A stretch of DNA of 64,000 nucleotides from Clostridium sp. CAG:433 (GCA_000433675.1 FR893558.1:17547-81546), one strand, 5' to 3'; shown: positions 41,148-51,227, counted from the stretch's first letter. Notes: generated by a model from the sequence alone, not told the origin. Made by a program: numbers and translations.

Positions 41148-42530
41148 ATGGAAAGAAAAGATATAATTAATAATAAGAAAACAGGTTGGTTAAACCTAAA
41201 TGAAGTAGAAAAAAAGAATGTATTTGAATTTTCTGAAGGATATATGGATTTTTTAAATAAATCTAAAACAGAAAGAGAATTTGCTAAAAATGCCAAAGAA
41301 TTACTTGATAATAATGGTTTTATTAATATTGAAGAAAAAAGTACTTTAAATATTGGTGATAAAGTATATTATATTAATAGAAATAAATGTGTATATATTG
41401 CTGTTATCGGTAAAGAAGTTTTATCTAATGGACTAAATATAGTAGGTTCTCATATAGATTCACCAAGGCTTGATTTAAAACCTAATCCGATATATGAAGA
41501 CGATGGTTTTGCATATTTTAAAACACAATATTATGGTGGAATAAAAAAATATCAATGGACTACAATTCCACTTTCAATTCATGGTGTTATTATAAAGAAA
41601 ACAGGTGAAAAAGTAGAAGTTAATATTGGAGAAGATGAAAGTGATCCAATATTTACAATAACTGATTTACTTCCACATTTAGCAAAAGAACAAGAAAAGA
41701 AAACCTTAGGTGATGGAATTGAAGGAGAAAACTTAGATTTATTAATTGGAAGTATTCCATTTGATGAAGAAAAGGATAGTATAAAATATAATATTCTTTC
41801 ATTACTAAATGAAAAATATGGAATAAAAGAAACTGATTTTTTAAGTTCTGAACTTGAAATTGTTCCAGCATTTAAAGCAAGAAGTTTAGGATTTGATAAA
41901 TCAATGGTTGCGGCATATGGCCAAGATGATAAAGTATGTTCTTATTGTAATTTAGAAGCAATATTAAATACTCAAAATCCAGAAAAAACATGTATAACAA
42001 TTTTGGCGGATAAAGAAGAAATAGGAAGTGTTGGAAATACTGGAATGTACTCTGAAACGTTTGATATGTTTATAAATGAACTATTAAATAAAAAGGATGA
42101 AAATTATCCAGGAGCATTAAATAAAGTATATAATAATTCTAAAATGTTATCTGCTGATGTTGATGCTGGATATGATCCAATATATAAAAATGCATCAGAA
42201 ATAAATAATGCATCATTCTTAGGAAGAGGTATTGTTTTAAATAAATACACAGGTTCAAGAGGTAAATCTGGAGCAAGTGATGCAAATGCTGAATATATGG
42301 CTTATGTAAGAAATATATTAGAAAAAAATAATATAAAATATCAAGTATCAACACTAGGTAAAATTGATTTAGGTGGTGGTGGAACTATTGCCTATATACT
42401 TGCAAATAAAGGAATAGAAGTAGTAGATGCTGGTATTGGAGTACTTTCAATGCATGCACCTTATGAAGTAACTAGTAAATTTGATATTTATTCTGCATAT
42501 AATTTTTATTATAAATTCTTTATGGACTAG
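41148..42530 (+). CDS. M18-family aminopeptidase
   Basis: IVGSHIDSPRLDLKP and downstream His/Asp/Glu metal ligands; 460 aa. Confidence 0.75.
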   Translation: MERKDIINNKKTGWLNLNEVEKKNVFEFSEGYMDFLNKSKTEREFAKNAKELLDNNGFINIEEKSTLNIGDKVYYINRNKCVYIAVIGKEVLSNGLNIVGSHIDSPRLDLKPNPIYEDDGFAYFKTQYYGGIKKYQWTTIPLSIHGVIIKKTGEKVEVNIGEDESDPIFTITDLLPHLAKEQEKKTLGDGIEGENLDLLIGSIPFDEEKDSIKYNILSLLNEKYGIKETDFLSSELEIVPAFKARSLGFDKSMVAAYGQDDKVCSYCNLEAILNTQNPEKTCITILADKEEIGSVGNTGMYSETFDMFINELLNKKDENYPGALNKVYNNSKMLSADVDAGYDPIYKNASEINNASFLGRGIVLNKYTGSRGKSGASDANAEYMAYVRNILEKNNIKYQVSTLGKIDLGGGGTIAYILANKGIEVVDAGIGVLSMHAPYEVTSKFDIYSAYNFYYKFFMD

Positions 42531-42550
42531 ATATTTCTAGTCCTTTTGTG
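42524..42550 (+). terminator. rho-independent terminator overlapping the stop codon
   Basis: GGACTAG-atattt-CTAGTCC then TTTTGTG. Confidence 0.5.
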
Positions 42551-42576
42551 TTATTATTGTTATAGTAGGTGGTTAT

Positions 42577-43167
42577 ATGAGTAACATAGAAATAAAAGTA
42601 ATTAAAAAAAAGAAAGAAAGTTTAATACTAAGTATAGTAATGATTATTTTATGTATAATTTCATTAATATTTTTCTCTTCAGATTATTTAAAAGTTTTAA
42701 ATAATGAATATGTTAATATAAATAATAGTAAATCACTTGATGATGCGATTAAAAATAAAGAAAGATATGTTAGGGCTGATTTAAGAAAAGCAAAGCTAGA
42801 GGTATATTCTTTAGAAAATAAAAATAAAAAAAAATTAAATCTATATACATTAGATTTTGATAATAAAAAAGTAATGATTTTTTTAAGAGATAATACAATT
42901 ATTACAGATAAAGTATATTTAAATATAGAATCATTTGATGGAAATAAAAAAAGTATTAAAGAACTATTAAATAATAGTGATTATTATGATGCTATTTTAT
43001 CAAATGAAAATTTTACACTTAATAGAGATATCGATTTAACTAAAATGTATGTAATATATATTCTTATAATATTATCTATAGTTACAATAATACTTGATAT
43101 ATACTACATAAATAATCCTAAAAAGACAAATACTTACAAAAAGTATATGAAAAAACTATATATATGA
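42577..43167 (+). CDS. hypothetical membrane protein (TM at both ends)
   Basis: N-terminal and C-terminal hydrophobic helices, Asn/Lys-rich middle. Confidence 0.4.
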   Translation: MSNIEIKVIKKKKESLILSIVMIILCIISLIFFSSDYLKVLNNEYVNINNSKSLDDAIKNKERYVRADLRKAKLEVYSLENKNKKKLNLYTLDFDNKKVMIFLRDNTIITDKVYLNIESFDGNKKSIKELLNNSDYYDAILSNENFTLNRDIDLTKMYVIYILIILSIVTIILDIYYINNPKKTNTYKKYMKKLYI

Positions 43168-43213
43168 TAGTTTTTTTTATTTTTTTATGATAAAATTAAA
43201 TAGGTGAAGAAAA

Positions 43214-43615
43214 ATGAATAGAACAGAACTTAGAAAAAAAATAATGACAATTTTATATCAAATATTTTTATATGAATCAAATCGTATTGATTATAAGGTA
43301 GAAGATGTTATAAAAGAATCTGTACCTGTAGAAAATGATTTTGTAAATGAAATAGTAAATGGTGTACTTGAATATAAAAATGATATTGATAGAATTGCAA
43401 ATAAACATTTAAAAGATTGGACAATTGATAGACTTGGTAAAACTGATCAAGCTATTTTAAGAATGGGTATTTATGAATTAGTTTACACTGATACTCCAGA
43501 AATAGTAGCAATTAATGAAGCAGTAGAACTTGCTAATGAATATTCAGATGAAAAAGTAAAAAGTATGATTAATGCTGTACTTGATAGTATATATCATGGA
43601 GAAGATAATGAATAA
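43214..43615 (+). CDS. nusB: transcription antitermination factor NusB
   Basis: MNRTELRKKIMTILYQ..., DR.A.IDRAILR-like core; precedes xseA. Confidence 0.85.
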   Translation: MNRTELRKKIMTILYQIFLYESNRIDYKVEDVIKESVPVENDFVNEIVNGVLEYKNDIDRIANKHLKDWTIDRLGKTDQAILRMGIYELVYTDTPEIVAINEAVELANEYSDEKVKSMINAVLDSIYHGEDNE

Positions 43616-44876
43616 TAATTATATCACTGTTGGTGCTCTAACAAGATATATTAAATATAAAATAGATAATGATGTTAATCTTCAAACTGTTTATATAAAG
43701 GGTGAGATATCAAATTTTAAACATCATTCAAGAGGTCACTTTTATTTTACTATTAAAGATGAAGAATCAAGAATTAATGCAATTATGTTTGCAAGTAGTA
43801 CAAAAAATATAAATTTTGAACCAGTAGATGGAATGAAAGTACTAGTAAAGGGAAGAATAAGTGTATTTGAACAAACTGGTAACTATCAAATATATGTAAC
43901 CGATATGACAGAAGATGGTGTTGGTAATCTCTATGCATTATATGAAAAATTAAAAAAACAACTTGCAGCTGAAGGATTATTTGATCAAAAATATAAAAAA
44001 GAAATACCAAAGATTCCAAAGAGAATAGGTGTTGTTACAGCGCCTACTGGAGCGGCTATTAAAGATATTATTTCAACTATTAATAGAAGATATCCACTTT
44101 GTGAAGTAATTTTATTTCCATCTTTAGTTCAAGGTAAAGAAGCAAAAGATGATATAGTAAAAAATATTAAAATAGCAGATACATATAATCTTGATACTTT
44201 AATTGTAGGTAGAGGTGGAGGATCACTTGAAGATTTATGGGCTTTTAATGAAGAAATAGTTGCAAGAGCAATATTTGAGTGTAAAACACCAGTAATTAGT
44301 GCTGTAGGTCATGAAATTGATTTTACAATTGCTGATTTTGTTGCGGATTATAGAGCAGCAACTCCAACAGGAGCAGCCGAAGTATCAGTTCCATCAAAAG
44401 AAGAATTAAAAAAACTTATCAATCAATATAGAATAAGAATGACAAAAAATATAAAAACTAAAATAGAAACTGATAAAAAATATTTAAATAAAATAATGGA
44501 TAGTTATATTTTAAAAAGTCCTATGAGTATATATGAAGTAAAAGAAGAAAAACTATCTAATTATATAGAAAGAAGTAAAAATGTAATTTTAAATATTATT
44601 AATTCAAATAAAATAAAATTAGATTCTATAAAATCAAGTTTTATATTTACAAGTCCAATTAAAATGATTGAGAAAAAATATAATGATTATAATGTTTTAG
44701 TTAATAAACTTGAAATATTAAATCCGTTAAATACTTTAAAAAGAGGTTATTCAATAACTAAGAAAGATAAAAAAGTATTAACAAGTATTAAAAATATTAA
44801 AACTAATGAAATGATTGAAGTAAATTTAAGTGATGGAATAATTAATGCTAAAGTAAATGAAATAAAGGAGAATTAA
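43608..44876 (+). CDS. xseA: exodeoxyribonuclease VII large subunit
   Basis: ATG 43608 overlaps nusB stop; OB-fold N-terminus (ISNFKHHSRGHFYFTIKD), coiled-coil C-terminus. Confidence 0.85.
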   Translation: MNNNYITVGALTRYIKYKIDNDVNLQTVYIKGEISNFKHHSRGHFYFTIKDEESRINAIMFASSTKNINFEPVDGMKVLVKGRISVFEQTGNYQIYVTDMTEDGVGNLYALYEKLKKQLAAEGLFDQKYKKEIPKIPKRIGVVTAPTGAAIKDIISTINRRYPLCEVILFPSLVQGKEAKDDIVKNIKIADTYNLDTLIVGRGGGSLEDLWAFNEEIVARAIFECKTPVISAVGHEIDFTIADFVADYRAATPTGAAEVSVPSKEELKKLINQYRIRMTKNIKTKIETDKKYLNKIMDSYILKSPMSIYEVKEEKLSNYIERSKNVILNIINSNKIKLDSIKSSFIFTSPIKMIEKKYNDYNVLVNKLEILNPLNTLKRGYSITKKDKKVLTSIKNIKTNEMIEVNLSDGIINAKVNEIKEN

Positions 44877-44877
44877 A

Positions 44878-45102
44878 ATGAGTAAAGAAGAAAAAAGTTT
44901 TGAAGAAAAATTAAGTGAACTTGAAGTAATTGTTAAAGAACTTGAATCAGGTAATGTTGATCTTGATAACGCAATTAATAAGTATACTGAAGCTATGAAA
45001 ATTGCGGGTGATTGTTCTAAAAAGTTAGATGAAGCAGAAAAAGCAGTTAATAAAATAGTAAATGAAAACGGTACAATGTCTGACTTTAATGTAGAAGAAT
45101 AG
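44878..45102 (+). CDS. xseB: exodeoxyribonuclease VII small subunit
   Basis: 74 aa, FEE.L.ELE.IV..LE.G...LD. pattern. Confidence 0.85.
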   Translation: MSKEEKSFEEKLSELEVIVKELESGNVDLDNAINKYTEAMKIAGDCSKKLDEAEKAVNKIVNENGTMSDFNVEE

Positions 45103-45125
45103 TTTTTTATTAATTGGAGGGTTTT

Positions 45126-46358
45126 ATGGAAATAAATGGTAAAGAAGTAGAAGTAAATAGAAAAGATGCTGTTGTTAGAGATTTTGATAAACAATATTGT
45201 GAGTTACTTAAAAAGATACTAGAAGAAGGAGAACTTTTTGAAAATAGAACTGGTGTAGATACTTTAAGTATTCCAGGTGGTGGATATGTATTTGATGTAG
45301 GTAATGAATTTCCTATCTTAGAAAGTAAAAAAGTAATATTAAGAAAAGCACTTAGTGAATTACTTTGGATTTATCAAGCACAAACTAATGATGTATCTTG
45401 GTTAAGAGAAAGAGGAAATGACATTTGGGATAAATGGGCAGTAGATTCAGATGGAATATATAGAGTCTATGAAGCAGATACTGAAAATTATGATGGTGAT
45501 AAAGAAGTAAATGTAAGAGATGTAGATGGTAATATTATAATTGGAATGAAGGCTAAATCACTTATTGAAGGTAAAAATATAAAAGAAGCAAAATTTTTCG
45601 GAAAAGAATATGCTGGTACAATTGCTAAAGGTTATGGTTATCTAATTGGTGAATATAAAAGATTTGATTATGTACGTAATTCTCTTGCTAATTATCCTAA
45701 TGATAGAAGAATGGTAATAAGTTTATGGCAAGATGCTGATTTAAGAATGGCAGTACTTCCACCTTGCGTTTGGAGTAATGAATATAAGGTTTATAAAGGA
45801 ACACTAAATTGTTTTGTTGATCAAAGAAGTGCAGATGTTCCTGTAGGTCTTCCATTTAATGTAAGCCAATATGCAATTTTAATGTCACTCCTTGCTAAAG
45901 AAGCAGGTTTACAACCTGGTAAATTATATTATAATATTGCTGACGCACATATTTATGTTAATCAAATTGATGGAATTAAAAAACAACTTAAAAATTATGA
46001 AAAAATGCTTAAATTTGAAAAAATTATTAGCGAAAAAAGTGATGTTTATTTAGAGGAAGTTCATGATGCACTTAAATCTACTAAAGCAAAAAAGGAAGAA
46101 TACTTAAATAATAATCCTGATAATGAAGAAGCACAAGCTGAATTTAATGATGCAAAAAAAGATCTTCAAATTTTTGAACTTATGGTTACTAAAAAGAAAC
46201 CAACATTAGAACTCGCAGATAAAAAGAATTTTTATGAGTTTAGTAATCAAGTAAATAATGATAAAGATTACTTAAAAGAAAATGTTACAGGAAATGAAGA
46301 CATAAAAGTATTAAATTATTCTTCAGCACCTTTTATTAAAATACCAGTTGTGCAGTAG
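45126..46358 (+). CDS. thyA: thymidylate synthase-family protein with two lineage-specific insertions
   Basis: ThyA catalytic set present: R in ENRTG, ELLW, IWDKW, RR in NDRRMVIS, PPC (catalytic Cys), QRSAD, PFN, DAHIY, C-terminal IKIPVVQ. ~60-aa insert in the small domain and ~70 extra residues near the C-terminus. Confidence 0.6.
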   Translation: MEINGKEVEVNRKDAVVRDFDKQYCELLKKILEEGELFENRTGVDTLSIPGGGYVFDVGNEFPILESKKVILRKALSELLWIYQAQTNDVSWLRERGNDIWDKWAVDSDGIYRVYEADTENYDGDKEVNVRDVDGNIIIGMKAKSLIEGKNIKEAKFFGKEYAGTIAKGYGYLIGEYKRFDYVRNSLANYPNDRRMVISLWQDADLRMAVLPPCVWSNEYKVYKGTLNCFVDQRSADVPVGLPFNVSQYAILMSLLAKEAGLQPGKLYYNIADAHIYVNQIDGIKKQLKNYEKMLKFEKIISEKSDVYLEEVHDALKSTKAKKEEYLNNNPDNEEAQAEFNDAKKDLQIFELMVTKKKPTLELADKKNFYEFSNQVNNDKDYLKENVTGNEDIKVLNYSSAPFIKIPVVQ

Positions 46359-46360
46359 TA

Positions 46361-46390
46361 AAAAATGCCAAAAAAATTGGTATTTTTTTA
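46361..46390 (+). terminator. rho-independent terminator
   Basis: AAAAATGCCAA-aaaaa-TTGGTATTTTT (one G.U). Confidence 0.5.
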
Positions 46391-46415
46391 TTGCTATATT
46401 ATTTTTTTAAATAAT

Positions 46416-46441
46416 CATAATAATAATGTAATCCGGATTAC
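46416..46441 (+). promoter_or_regulatory. sigmaG/F-like -10 (CATAATA) and 14-bp perfect palindrome GTAATCCGGATTAC immediately upstream of spoIVB RBS
   Basis: Palindrome 46428-46441 abuts AAGGAG 46443; GC-containing, stands out in the AT-rich context. Confidence 0.35.
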
Positions 46442-46455
46442 AAAGGAGCTTAATT

Positions 46456-47436
46456 ATGAAATTTAAAAAATTTTTTTTAACGCTTCTAATTTCATTAATT
46501 ATTATACCAATAAATGCATATGCTTATTCAGACAAATTGATTGTTGGCGGAAATAATATTGGTATAGAGGTTAAAACTAAAGGAATATTAGTTATTGGTA
46601 CATACGAAATAAATGGTGAATATATCAACAAAGATTCTAATGTAAAAGCAGGAGATTATATAACCAAAGTAAACAATAATAAAATAGAAAATATAAATGA
46701 TTTTACAAGTGAGATTAATAAAGACGATGATAAGACAAAAATAGATATAGAATATAATAGAAATGGTAAGAGTTATACAGGTTCTTTAAAACTAGTAGAA
46801 TCAAATGGTGAATATAAAACAGGTTTATATGTTAAAGATACAATAAATGGTGTTGGGACACTTACATTTATAGATCCAAACACTAAAATATTTGGAGCAT
46901 TAGGTCATGAAATCGCTGATAAAAATACAGAAAGTATCTTAAATATAGATGATGGTTCAATATACTACTCATATATTACCGGAATTACTAAAAGTGAAAA
47001 TGGTAATCCCGGTGAAAAGGAAGCTACTTATGATGATAAGTTAAAATATGGGGTAGTTAAAGAAAATACTAAAAGCGGAATATTTGGTAATTATACAAGT
47101 GATATAGATAATAGTAAGTTATATGATGTTGCTAAAAAAGGTGATGTAAAACTAGGTAATGCAAAAATACGAACAGTATTAGATGGAGAAGAGATAACAG
47201 AATATAATATTGAAATAGAAAAGATTAATTTAAATGATAAGACTAAAAATATTGTGTTTAAAATAACAGATGAAAATTTACTTAATAAAACTGGTGGTAT
47301 TGTGCAAGGAATGAGTGGATCACCTATAATTCAAGATAATAAAATAATAGGTGCAGTAACACATGTTATTGTAAATGATTGTACTAAAGGATACGGAATA
47401 TTTATAACTAATATGCTAGAGGAAGCAGAAAACTAA
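46456..47436 (+). CDS. spoIVB: SpoIVB peptidase (S55)
   Basis: Signal peptide; PDZ region; GTLTFIDP...FGALGH and GMSGSPI catalytic serine motif. Confidence 0.85.
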   Translation: MKFKKFFLTLLISLIIIPINAYAYSDKLIVGGNNIGIEVKTKGILVIGTYEINGEYINKDSNVKAGDYITKVNNNKIENINDFTSEINKDDDKTKIDIEYNRNGKSYTGSLKLVESNGEYKTGLYVKDTINGVGTLTFIDPNTKIFGALGHEIADKNTESILNIDDGSIYYSYITGITKSENGNPGEKEATYDDKLKYGVVKENTKSGIFGNYTSDIDNSKLYDVAKKGDVKLGNAKIRTVLDGEEITEYNIEIEKINLNDKTKNIVFKITDENLLNKTGGIVQGMSGSPIIQDNKIIGAVTHVIVNDCTKGYGIFITNMLEEAEN

Positions 47437-47460
47437 AAGGAGAAAAATTCTCCTTTTTTA
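47436..47460 (+). terminator. rho-independent terminator
   Basis: AAAGGAGAA-aaa-TTCTCCTTT then TTTTA. Confidence 0.55.
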
Positions 47461-47527
47461 TATTTGTATTGACTTTTTAGAAAAAATAAATATCATAGAT
47501 ATAGAAAAAGATTTAAGAGGTGTATTT

Positions 47528-48463
47528 ATGATAAAGATATATAAAACAAATGAAAGCAATATGATTGAAAGAGTAGATGAAGTTATTGATAATTGTTGGA
47601 TAGATTTAGTTTCACCAACAAAGGAAGAAATAGAAGTTGTTTCATTAAAAACAGGTATTGATAAAGATCTTATCTTAAAAATGCTAGATGAAGAAGAAAC
47701 TCCAAGATTTGAAAAGGAAGATGATTCAACTTTGATTGTAATAGATTCACCATATATTGGTGATGATAATGTTAAATATTCAACTCTTCCTCTTGGAATA
47801 ATTACCGGTAGTAATAAACATATACTTACAATATCATCGCAAAAACTAGAAGTTTTAAAACTTTTTAAAAGAGGAAAAATAAAAGATATAAATACATCAC
47901 TTAGATCAAGACTTACAATTCAAATATTATATGAAAATGCTAAATTATATTTAAAATACTTAAGAATGATAGATAAAGAAATTGATAAGACTGAAAAAGA
48001 ATTACATAGTTTATCAGAAAATGAAGAACTTATTAATGTACTTAATATTGAAAAAAGTTTAGTATATTTTATTACATCTTTAAAAGAAAATAAAAGGGTT
48101 ATTGAAAAGATTAATAGAGGGAATGTTATTCCTATGTATGAAGAAGATTTAGATCTTTTAGAAGATGCATCAATAGAAAATGAGCAAGCAAGTGAAATGG
48201 CTAATATTTATAGAGAAATATTAAGTAGTGTATCAGATACATATGCAACTTTAATATCTAACAATTTAAATATTGCTATGAAAATATTAACAAGTATAAC
48301 AATTATTTTCTCAGTTCCTACTATGGTAGCGTCTTTTCTTGGCATGAATGTTCATCTTGGAATTATTTCTGATTTAAAATACGGTTTTTTAATTATAATT
48401 GGTTTTTGCGTTATTGTTTCAATTATAATTGCACTTATATTTAAAAAGAAAAAATTATTATAA
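47528..48463 (+). CDS. corA: CorA-family Mg2+/Co2+ transporter
   Basis: Two C-terminal TM helices with GMN signature (FLGMNVHLG). Confidence 0.8.
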   Translation: MIKIYKTNESNMIERVDEVIDNCWIDLVSPTKEEIEVVSLKTGIDKDLILKMLDEEETPRFEKEDDSTLIVIDSPYIGDDNVKYSTLPLGIITGSNKHILTISSQKLEVLKLFKRGKIKDINTSLRSRLTIQILYENAKLYLKYLRMIDKEIDKTEKELHSLSENEELINVLNIEKSLVYFITSLKENKRVIEKINRGNVIPMYEEDLDLLEDASIENEQASEMANIYREILSSVSDTYATLISNNLNIAMKILTSITIIFSVPTMVASFLGMNVHLGIISDLKYGFLIIIGFCVIVSIIIALIFKKKKLL

Positions 48464-48530
48464 GACTTATGGTCTTTTTTTATTGCAAATAAAAATGTAT
48501 TTGAATAATTTATTAATAGAAGGTGTTAAA

Positions 48531-49091
48531 ATGATTAAACTAATTAAAGAACAAATTAAACTTATAAAAGAAAAAGATCCTGCGGTTAATAGTATTTTTG
48601 AAGCATTATTATATCCTAGTTTAAAAGTACAAATTTATTATAAAATATCACATTATTTATATTTAAAAAAACATTATTTTTTAGCAAGATTAATATCAGA
48701 AAAGGCAAAAAGAAAAACAGGTATTGAAATTCATCCAGGTGCTAAAATAGGTAAAAGGTTATTCATTGATCATGGTTTTGGTGTTGTTATAGGAGAAACT
48801 GCTATTATTGGTGATAATGTAACAATTTATCATGGCGTTACTTTAGGAGGAACTGGCAAAGAAAAAGGTAAAAGACATCCAACTGTAGAAAATAATGTAA
48901 TGATAGGAGCATCTGCTAAAGTACTTGGAAATATTGTTATTGGTGAAAATTCTAAAATAGGTGCAGGAGCAATAGTTTTAAATGACATACAAAAAAATGT
49001 AACTGCAGTAGGTGTTCCAGCAAAAGTTGTTAAAACGAATGATATTTCTTTTGATAAAGAAAGAATAAACGAAATAATAAAGCTTTTATAA
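48531..49091 (+). CDS. cysE: serine O-acetyltransferase
   Basis: N-terminal SATase helix domain + hexapeptide repeats ([44 protein letters not shown]). Confidence 0.8.
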   Translation: MIKLIKEQIKLIKEKDPAVNSIFEALLYPSLKVQIYYKISHYLYLKKHYFLARLISEKAKRKTGIEIHPGAKIGKRLFIDHGFGVVIGETAIIGDNVTIYHGVTLGGTGKEKGKRHPTVENNVMIGASAKVLGNIVIGENSKIGAGAIVLNDIQKNVTAVGVPAKVVKTNDISFDKERINEIIKLL

Positions 49092-49213
49092 AATCTTATT
49101 GTATATTTTTTATGTTGTGTTATAATATTTTTACATTGATTGACTTGCCAAGTGTCAATAGTTAAAATTTAGTCGATAATTTATATTTTTAGGCAAGAAA
49201 AATATATCTATTC

Positions 49214-49247
49214 GGGTACACTTTTTTAAAGGTGTACTCTTTTTTTG
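49214..49247 (+). terminator. rho-independent terminator (after cysE)
   Basis: GGGTACAC-10 nt-GTGTACTC then TTTTTTTG. Confidence 0.5.
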
Positions 49248-49265
49248 TTAAGAGGTTAATTTAGT

Positions 49266-49451
49266 ATGAATCAAATTATAGAAGTAGAAACCTTAAATAT
49301 ATAAGATATGATATATGAAATAAGAGGAAAACAAGTAATGTTAGATTCTGATTTGGCAAGATTATATGAATGTATAAACGGTAAAAATATTTGTGGTCCC
49401 AATTTGGGACCACAAGTTAATAGAATTCGAACAATGCTATATGCATTATAA
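49266..49451 (+). pseudogene. truncated tandem paralogue of the ORF6N-domain gene (in-frame TAA at codon 13, internal deletion, divergent tail)
   Basis: Own RBS AAGAGG; MNQIIEVETLNI* then MIYEIRGKQVMLDSDLARLYE..., about 85% nt identity to 49520-49590, then diverges at a 25-bp palindrome. Confidence 0.5.
49391..49415. repeat. 25-bp perfect palindrome TTGTGGTCCCAA-T-TTGGGACCACAA
   Basis: 12-bp GC-containing arms, single central base; located exactly where homology between the two ORF6N copies ends. Confidence 0.8.
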
Positions 49452-49483
49452 TAATAAAAATAATTAAAAATTGGAGGATATAA

Positions 49484-50257
49484 ATGTACAAACTAAAAGA
49501 AGATTTAAGTATAGAAAATATGATATATGAAATAAGAGGTAGGCAAGTAATGCTAGATTGTGATTTAGCAAAATTATATAATGTTGAAACTAAAAGAATA
49601 AATGAGGCGGTAAAAAATAATCCTGACAAATTTCCGGAAAGATTTTATTTTAGAATAAATGAAAATGAATTTTTTTCTTTGAAGTCGAAAATTTCGACTT
49701 CAAAAGGTGGTTCTAGAAAAGGACATAATGTATTCACAGAACAAGGGATTGCAATGCTATCTACAATATTAAAATCCAAAGTAGCAGTAGAAACAAGTAT
49801 AAGAATAATGGATGCATTTGTAAAAATGAGAAAATATATTTCAGCAAATTTAATAGAACAAGACAATATGAAAAATATGCTTATTAAACATGATAACGAA
49901 ATAAAATTACTTCAAGAATCATTTTCAAAATTAGAGGAAAAAGAAAAAATAAATCATATATTTTATGATGGACAAATATATGATGCATATTCACTATTAA
50001 TTGATATATTTAAAGGTGCAAAAGAAGAAATAATTATAATAGATAATTATGCAGACAAAAGTATTTTAAATATGATAACGAACCTAAATGTAAAAGTAAC
50101 TATTGTTACTAGAAAATTTAATTTATTAAAAGATATAGATATAAAAAAATATAATAGGCAATACCATAATTTGAAAGTAATATACAGTGATAAGTTTCAC
50201 GATAGATTCATAATACTTGATAAAAAAGTATTGTATCATTCAGGAGCGAGCTATTAA
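49484..50257 (+). CDS. ORF6N/KilA-N-like DNA-binding domain protein
   Basis: MIYEIRGRQVMLDCDLAKLYNVETKRINEAVKNN...FPERFYF...GHNVFTEQGIAMLSTILKS matches the ORF6N domain pattern. Confidence 0.55.
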   Translation: MYKLKEDLSIENMIYEIRGRQVMLDCDLAKLYNVETKRINEAVKNNPDKFPERFYFRINENEFFSLKSKISTSKGGSRKGHNVFTEQGIAMLSTILKSKVAVETSIRIMDAFVKMRKYISANLIEQDNMKNMLIKHDNEIKLLQESFSKLEEKEKINHIFYDGQIYDAYSLLIDIFKGAKEEIIIIDNYADKSILNMITNLNVKVTIVTRKFNLLKDIDIKKYNRQYHNLKVIYSDKFHDRFIILDKKVLYHSGASY

Positions 50258-50440
50258 TAATTTAAAAGTAATATGCAGTGATAAGTTTCATGATAGATTT
50301 ATAATAATTGATAGAACAGATTTATATCATTCATGAGCAAGTTATAAAGATTTAGGTAATAAATGTTTTGGAATTAACAAGATAAAAGATGATGAATATC
50401 TAGAAAATATATTAATAAAAACAGGTTTATAAAATATTTG
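50180..50440 (+). repeat. imperfect tandem duplication of the 3' end of the ORF6N gene
   Basis: ATAATTTGAAAGTAATATACAGTGATAAGTTTCACGATAGATTCATAATA (50180-50229) vs ATAATTTAAAAGTAATATGCAGTGATAAGTTTCATGATAGATTTATAATA (50260-50309); second copy has an internal TGA and a longer tail. Confidence 0.6.
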
Positions 50441-50495
50441 CATTATAAGCTGAATTATATTATAATATATGTGCTTCAAAAAAGGGGTGAATAAA

Positions 50496-51227
50496 ATGAA
50501 TTATAGTAAAAATAAAGAAATCTTAAATAATTTAATGTTAAAATATGGTTTATCTAAAGATGAAAGAAAAGAATTTTTTAAAATTATATATAAAATATTT
50601 AGACATAAAGAGTTCCAAAGAAGAATGACAAGTGAATTTAATCATCATAATGATATAACACTTGGTTATCATGTGCTTGAAGTAGCTCTTTGTACATACA
50701 AAACATGTAAAAAGAAAATAAAAAAGGGTATAAAAGTTAATACTGGTGTAGCAGTTAAAATAGCAATGCTTCATGATTTTTATGAATTACCTTGGCAGAA
50801 TAATAAAGAATCATCATCTAAGAATTTAATTCATAAACATGGATTTCGTCATCCAATAGAGGCCGCTATTAACGCTATATATTATTATCCATTTTTATTT
50901 AAAGATAGAAAAGAAAGTATGATGATAATAGATGGTATTGTTCATCATATGTATCCACTTGCAGTACCAGTACTTACAGGATTTGATACAAATGAAATAG
51001 AGCTTAAAAATTATGATAAGGTTAAAAAAATAGATAATGAATTATTAGAACAAATAATTTATTCTACAAATAGAGGAAGAATAATTAAATTATCATTATG
51101 CAAAAGTAGATATAAAGAAGGACGAATCGTATCAAATTCAGATACATTAGTATCAATTAATAACTATGAAAGTCTAAAAGGTATACCTGCTCTTATTACT
51201 GGAGTAAATAAAAATATAGAAGTGTAA
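50496..51227 (+). CDS. HD-domain metal-dependent phosphohydrolase-like protein
   Basis: H...HD...H...H...D spacing (GYHVLEVA, AMLHDFYE, IHKHGFRH, VHHMYP); ATG 50496 after AAAGGGGTGA. Confidence 0.45.
   Translation: MNYSKNKEILNNLMLKYGLSKDERKEFFKIIYKIFRHKEFQRRMTSEFNHHNDITLGYHVLEVALCTYKTCKKKIKKGIKVNTGVAVKIAMLHDFYELPWQNNKESSSKNLIHKHGFRHPIEAAINAIYYYPFLFKDRKESMMIIDGIVHHMYPLAVPVLTGFDTNEIELKNYDKVKKIDNELLEQIIYSTNRGRIIKLSLCKSRYKEGRIVSNSDTLVSINNYESLKGIPALITGVNKNIEV

Noticed and set aside
41114-41296. 60-aa minus-strand ORF across the aminopeptidase start
   Set aside because: Overlaps a terminator/promoter and the 5' end of a strongly supported + strand gene; no RBS.
43572-43607. Upstream ATG (43572) as xseA start
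   Set aside because: It would put the first 12 codons entirely inside nusB. ATG 43608 has an RBS (GGAG) and gives the usual XseA N-terminus overlapping the nusB stop by 8 nt.
49425-49440. GAATTCGAACA resembling a tRNA T-arm
   Set aside because: No acceptor stem or anticodon-arm complementarity in the surrounding 90 nt. It lies inside the ORF6N pseudogene fragment.
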